Below, one piece after another: positions 59,091 to 64,000 of a DNA stretch of 64,000 bases. Position numbers and translations under genes: made by a program. This DNA comes from Podarcis tiliguerta (lineage: Eukaryota). The DNA is taken from NCBI GenBank assembly GCA_965153285.1, contig OZ229113.1, one strand, 5' to 3'. The stretch's first letter is position 1; the number at the start of each line of letters is the position of its first letter. Below the pieces are notes generated by a model. The model worked only from the letters and a program-made list of their open reading frames with translations. It was not told the DNA's origin and did no database searches.

Positions 59091-62000
59091 AGCAGTGTAC
59101 AACAGTAAAAAACATACAAACACTGAAACAATGTGATAAAAACACAATTAAAATGCCATGCAAAAATACTCTGTACAAGGTCCAATCATATACATCAGGT
59201 AGATCCTGCACTAAAATATCAGTAAACTTCTAAAGAAATGAAAGATAATGCTTCATGCAGGGCACAAGTGTTTATAACTGGAAGATTCCAATTTGTTTTT
59301 CCTTTGCTGGTAGCAGTGGAAGTATCCGACTTTTGTCAGTGAGGGAATAGGAGGTGAAGGGTGGGATGAGAGAAAATGAGTTATCTGCATTGAGATAAGT
59401 AAAACTTGAAGTTTCCACCGATGTGTTGAACAGTGTGAAAACCCATTTTATCACAGTGCACTAGAGCAAAACAACCAGGACATGATTTGTTTGGGAAGAA
59501 ACAGACCAAAGTTTCACATTCACATTGCAGAATTTATAAACAAAGAAATATATATATATATATTTGTAAAGTCAAATAGATGATATCCCTGTGAGATTAA
59601 CTAAGTGAAGTATTAGCTTCATAAGAATTTTCAGCTCATCTATTGTACAATATTTGCAGAGTAAAAATGCAGAATGGTGCTTTTAAGGCAGGTTTTTCAA
59701 CAATGCTTACTTAGGAAATAATTGAATACTTTCCCAAGTATTTAGGACTGAGTTGTAACAAGACCATCAACAGAATTCCACTGGCTCTCTAATAAACAAT
59801 TCAAGTCTTCTGGTTTGATCAAGGCTGTAATTTACATTGCTTTTCTGGTGTCTATGATGATTGAATTGATAAAGTATGTTGTTTAAAGTATGTGCCCCAA
59901 GATTTGTCTACTTTATCATGCCAATCAACACAGATGTCACGGAGCTAAACAGATTTTGATTTAGCACGCCAAAACCCCATATTAATGCATGTATCACCAT
60001 TCGCTGTGTGCTGCTATCTCCACATGCCTACCTTGCCATCATATCTTCCAGTTCGGACTTAGCACACTGGCAACATGAAGCCAACAACTCAGTAAATCAT
60101 ACGAACACTTGCACAAATCCAGAGCCCTGCATTGCTTCTGCTGCATAGACTGTTCACGAGGAAGCATGAACAGAGCAGAGCTGTCTGTACTCCTTCAATG
60201 TTCAACCTGTAAATGCACATGGCACTTTCCCTGCAAATGCATAGAATACTTGGGATGAAATATTACAACTAGGATTTACAAGTTCCTGTCTTTGCAATCT
60301 TGCATGTCTGAAGCCCAGCCTTCGGTTTGTTTAGATTTTGCAGCTGTGCTGAAATGAGATGTCTGTCCACTAAAGCTGCTCTTGAAGAACCTCTGGCAAA
60401 TGGCAATGCATTCACATGCCAGCATTTGAAACATTCCATTTGCTATTGTAACGCAACTGGGTTGACTGTTAACTGGCTGAAGTATCTAACAGGGAAAAGC
60501 AATCGTAATTAGCCCAAGGCCTTTTCATTTTTTGCCCAAGATTGCTTCGCCTTCAACAGTGGCAGAGCTTGCAATTAATATGGTTCCCACGTACGTAAGA
60601 CGTATATGTTCAGATTGTGATGAAGCCATTAAACTGAGATAAGAACTCTGGCCTAACTTGGTCCCAGAGTGATGTCTGGTGTAGAGGATCATATTCCCAA
60701 CAGATTTAACAGACCTGCCCACCTACCTGGAGGTGGTGTCCATGGCATATACCCCCCCAAAAGACAGCTGTCCTCATGTGTCTGTCCTATACAACCAGAC
60801 CTCTGGGTCTAATGTTGGGGGACTGATTCCATGTCAATATTCCGTTCTATACCACCACTGGAAGACTGGGCTCAGAAGTGCCGCCACACTTCAGAAGGTG
60901 ACCACTCTTGCTGCATCAGGTCCATCTAGTCCAGCAGCCTACTTCCAAAAGAGGCCAATCATTTGCTTCGAGGAAGCCGAAAAACAAGTTCTAGTCACTG
61001 GCGTACGCTGCTGTGGAACAAAGAAGCTCCATTAAGCCATTGACGAAATGCTCCTCGGTGACTTTCTTCAGTACCAAAATGTCATTAACAAGTGAAGCAG
61101 TCCTTGGAAAGCTCAAAGGTGTATGTTGATTCCCCCCACAGAATCAGTTCTGAGCTGTGCACAAGACGTGTGCCCCTTCTGGGTTTCATTTGGTGGGCTA
61201 ACTTTATAGCATAGCCTTTATCTATCAGACGTGGGCCAGGTAGCATTCTGCCTTTCATCAGTAGAAGGGTAAACATGGCAAGCTGCTGGCAGTATGTAAG
61301 TGTTCTGCCCCTGTCCATGCTCTGCTGCAGGTAGAAAACACACAACCATCAGTCTCTCTGGGAATGTTTCCAGGCAACATTACTCTGGCAGTCCAAAATT
61401 TCTGTTTCCTATTTCAGCAGGAGCTTTAAAAAAACACACACACAACAGAATATACAAATGTTATATGGGTCAGATTACAGAAAAGTTATGTAGTGGGACA
61501 GGATTAAAACATCAAACCCTGGTGATGCCAGAGAATTTCTATTTCTGTCCCCCCTCAAGGCCTCTTGCCTTGCCCATCTACAGCTATCACAGCAACAAGG
61601 GCTAACAAATCAAGGTAATGGTGTCTGGTTTGTTAGGACCAGTGCTGGAACGCACCATGAACACCCTTGTTCTCTTACAATGGAAACGGTGTCCACCTGA
61701 GACGTGCTGGAACTGAGTTCTGCCTGAAAATAGCCCTGGTTAGGACCCACCCTAAATTTCTTTCCTTTGAATGCTCAGAGCAATGGAGCTCCCAAAATGT
61801 GGGAAGCCAAGGGACAATATCCTTATAAGAGGAATCATTGGCTAGATATAGCCCAGTTGCAGCACTGACCAACATTTATTTGCAAGAGAAAGAAATGAGC
61901 AAGCTCAGAAAAGTATGCAAGTTCTTATGTCAAAAATATTGTAAAGGGAGCTACAAGATGCTCAGAGCTCTGCATCAAGCTAAAATGTATGTTCTTATCA

Positions 62001-62885
62001 GTACAAAATTTCAGTTTAGGGGTCCGAAATACGTATGCATTCTTCAGGAAAACACTACTGGGCTAAGTGAACCATTTTCTACTGGCTACTGTGTTGTTTG
62101 ATTCTTCATTTTTATGAACACCAATTGATAGGGAAAAAAAGATTTGTAGAACTTTTGGACTGAGGTGTATTACACGTGGTTGTGTATTCTAAATAGAATG
62201 AGGACCATTGAAACTGCTTTCAAGATGGCAGACAAGGACTCAAGACATCACAAAGGGAAGGAAGTTCAATGGCATATTTTAAATAGGAATTCGAGAGACA
62301 GCTAGTCGTTGAGCCAGGATTATTACATGAAAGTGCACAAGATGAAAAATCCCAACATGATGAATGGAAGGTTTACTGTCTACAAACACTGAGCATCTCA
62401 TTACCCTTGCCAACATTTGTTGGCAAGCAAGTTTAGGAATTTACAGATGGATATGACCTGGAAGGCATCTATGATTAATCAGATGCTCTGCAGATGTGGG
62501 ACTGATTCTATGCTTCGTTTATTTTGTGGTTTTCTTATTTGAGGAAGTTGCTATGGCCAATGTTGTTCTGATTGCTTTGATATGACAACATTGTTTTAAG
62601 TAACAATTAGCATATGGTAGACCCAGATGATGTTTTGGAGGCAGAAGCCATTCTTCCAGTGAAACAAATAAATACAGCTGAGCCATAAACATCAATAAGA
62701 ATGGCATGGGAGCCAAGAATACTTGGCCATGGTGACATTATTGGCTCTCTTTATTGACATTATTAGTTCTCTTTAGTACAAGTGTGGCTAGAGTCTTTTT
62801 GGGAGGGGAGAATATTGTCTTTGACACAATGGGAACCCTGAATTATGCATTAGTGGAATCCTGAGTTAGAAGCAGAGTGACTACA

Positions 62886-63011
62886 CCAGGGATGAGGGCC
62901 ATGAGCCCCTCCAGTGGCTGTTGGACTACAACATCCTTAACCACTGGTCACGTTGGCTTGAGCTGATGGGAGTTCATCACCATCTGGAAGACATTAGTTT
63001 CCCCAACCTCT
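62886..63011. mobile_element. hAT-like MITE, same family as 11571
   Basis: cagggatg...ttggactacaac...gctgatgggagtt...catctggaag...tttccccaacctctg. Confidence 0.5.
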
Positions 63012-64000
63012 GCTCTACACCAGCAATGAAGTTTACAGAAGGAAGCCTAAAGGCATTTCTAGCCAGTAGCTTTTCATGATAAGTGCATATTACAGAACTG
63101 GCCCTCTTCTTGGGAGATTTACCATACGTTGTCCACAGGTTGTCCAAAGTTAGTACTTTGTTCTTCAAGGGCTATTTGTGAAAGGGAAACCTACATGTTC
63201 CAGCAACCAGGGCAAGCCAGGATGAACGGAGACAACAAATAAGATGTGGCAGGCTTCCTTTGAGAAGGCTGACTCTGAAGTATCCCCATATTTTGAGAAT
63301 GGACTACAATAAGTGCAGCACAACACATCTTTCTTTTAATCTCCTCAGTTTCCCCTTCCACATGCCTGTTTTCCTCAGTTTGTGGCTGTAGGATGGGCCA
63401 CTATCATTTCAGTTTTCACCAGCAGGCATGCAAATGGAGAGTAGGTGGAAGTGAAAGTGGAAAGTGGTTTGAGGCCTAGGGTGCATGCTAACAGATCTTA
63501 AAATAGGTCCCGCTTCATTAGAAACTAGCTGTCTTCCTCCACTCAAGGAGATAATGGTACCTACCCTTCCAGTGATCTCAACAGCAGGTCCACTTCAGCC
63601 TTGCTAAACCTTGTGTGTGCTTGAAATGTGGACTGTGGCAAACCTTACTGGTAATCATGGGAAGAGATTCCCCAAGCAGCACCCTTGAGTGAAGATGTAT
63701 ACTCTACGTGACAAGCTACTCTGGTTGTCTACACAAAGTATCAGCTGTATTGCTGCCTCAGAAATGCTAGTTTAACCATTCTGGAAGTTTTGAGGGGGAT
63801 GAACCACTGCTTCTCTACTCCTACTCCTTAGGGCTTGTTAAACTGGGTGTACTGTTCACTTACCAGTGTAAGTCATTAGAACAGAAGTCCTCCTTTTCTT
63901 CCACCCGATGTACAAAATAAGTAGAATGACTATTGAGACAGCTGCAACAGAAGCCAGAACTACACCTTTTGTCTTACTTGGGCTGTTATCAACCGAGGGG

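Noticed and set aside
62357-62393. C/D-box snoRNA-like ATGATGA...CTGA (similar motifs at ~21013 and ~57013)
   Set aside because: The spacing is wrong, there is no terminal stem, and they are not in introns.

Overview
This is vertebrate genomic DNA, almost certainly from a squamate reptile and probably a lacertid lizard, judged from the Sauria SINEs and lizard-type MITEs and LINE relics. It carries the conserved + strand block TRAPPC10 - PWP2 - GATD3 (C21orf33/ES1). TRAPPC10 is partial: its last 14 coding exons lie at 145-17936. PWP2 is complete (21 exons, 23051-40339, 910 aa), as is GATD3 (7 exons, 42861-51113, 262 aa). All exons were placed by hand and their phases join in frame. Highlights: (1) Two minor-spliceosome (U12) introns. 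One is a GT-AG type in TRAPPC10. The other, in GATD3, has an ATATCCTT donor and appears to end in AT rather than AC. (2) Inside that GATD3 intron, a TA-flanked TcMar MITE whose internal hairpin module has expanded into about 9 x 118-119 bp GC-rich double-palindrome repeats. A compact one-hairpin sibling sits in TRAPPC10. (3) A 13-nt tandem duplication across the PWP2 exon-1 donor. (4) A 59-bp copy shared between a TRAPPC10 intron and its 3'UTR, split by a SINE. (5) A perfect 23-bp intronic hairpin in PWP2. No gene could be identified in 52-64 kb. There are no prokaryotic systems or CRISPR arrays.
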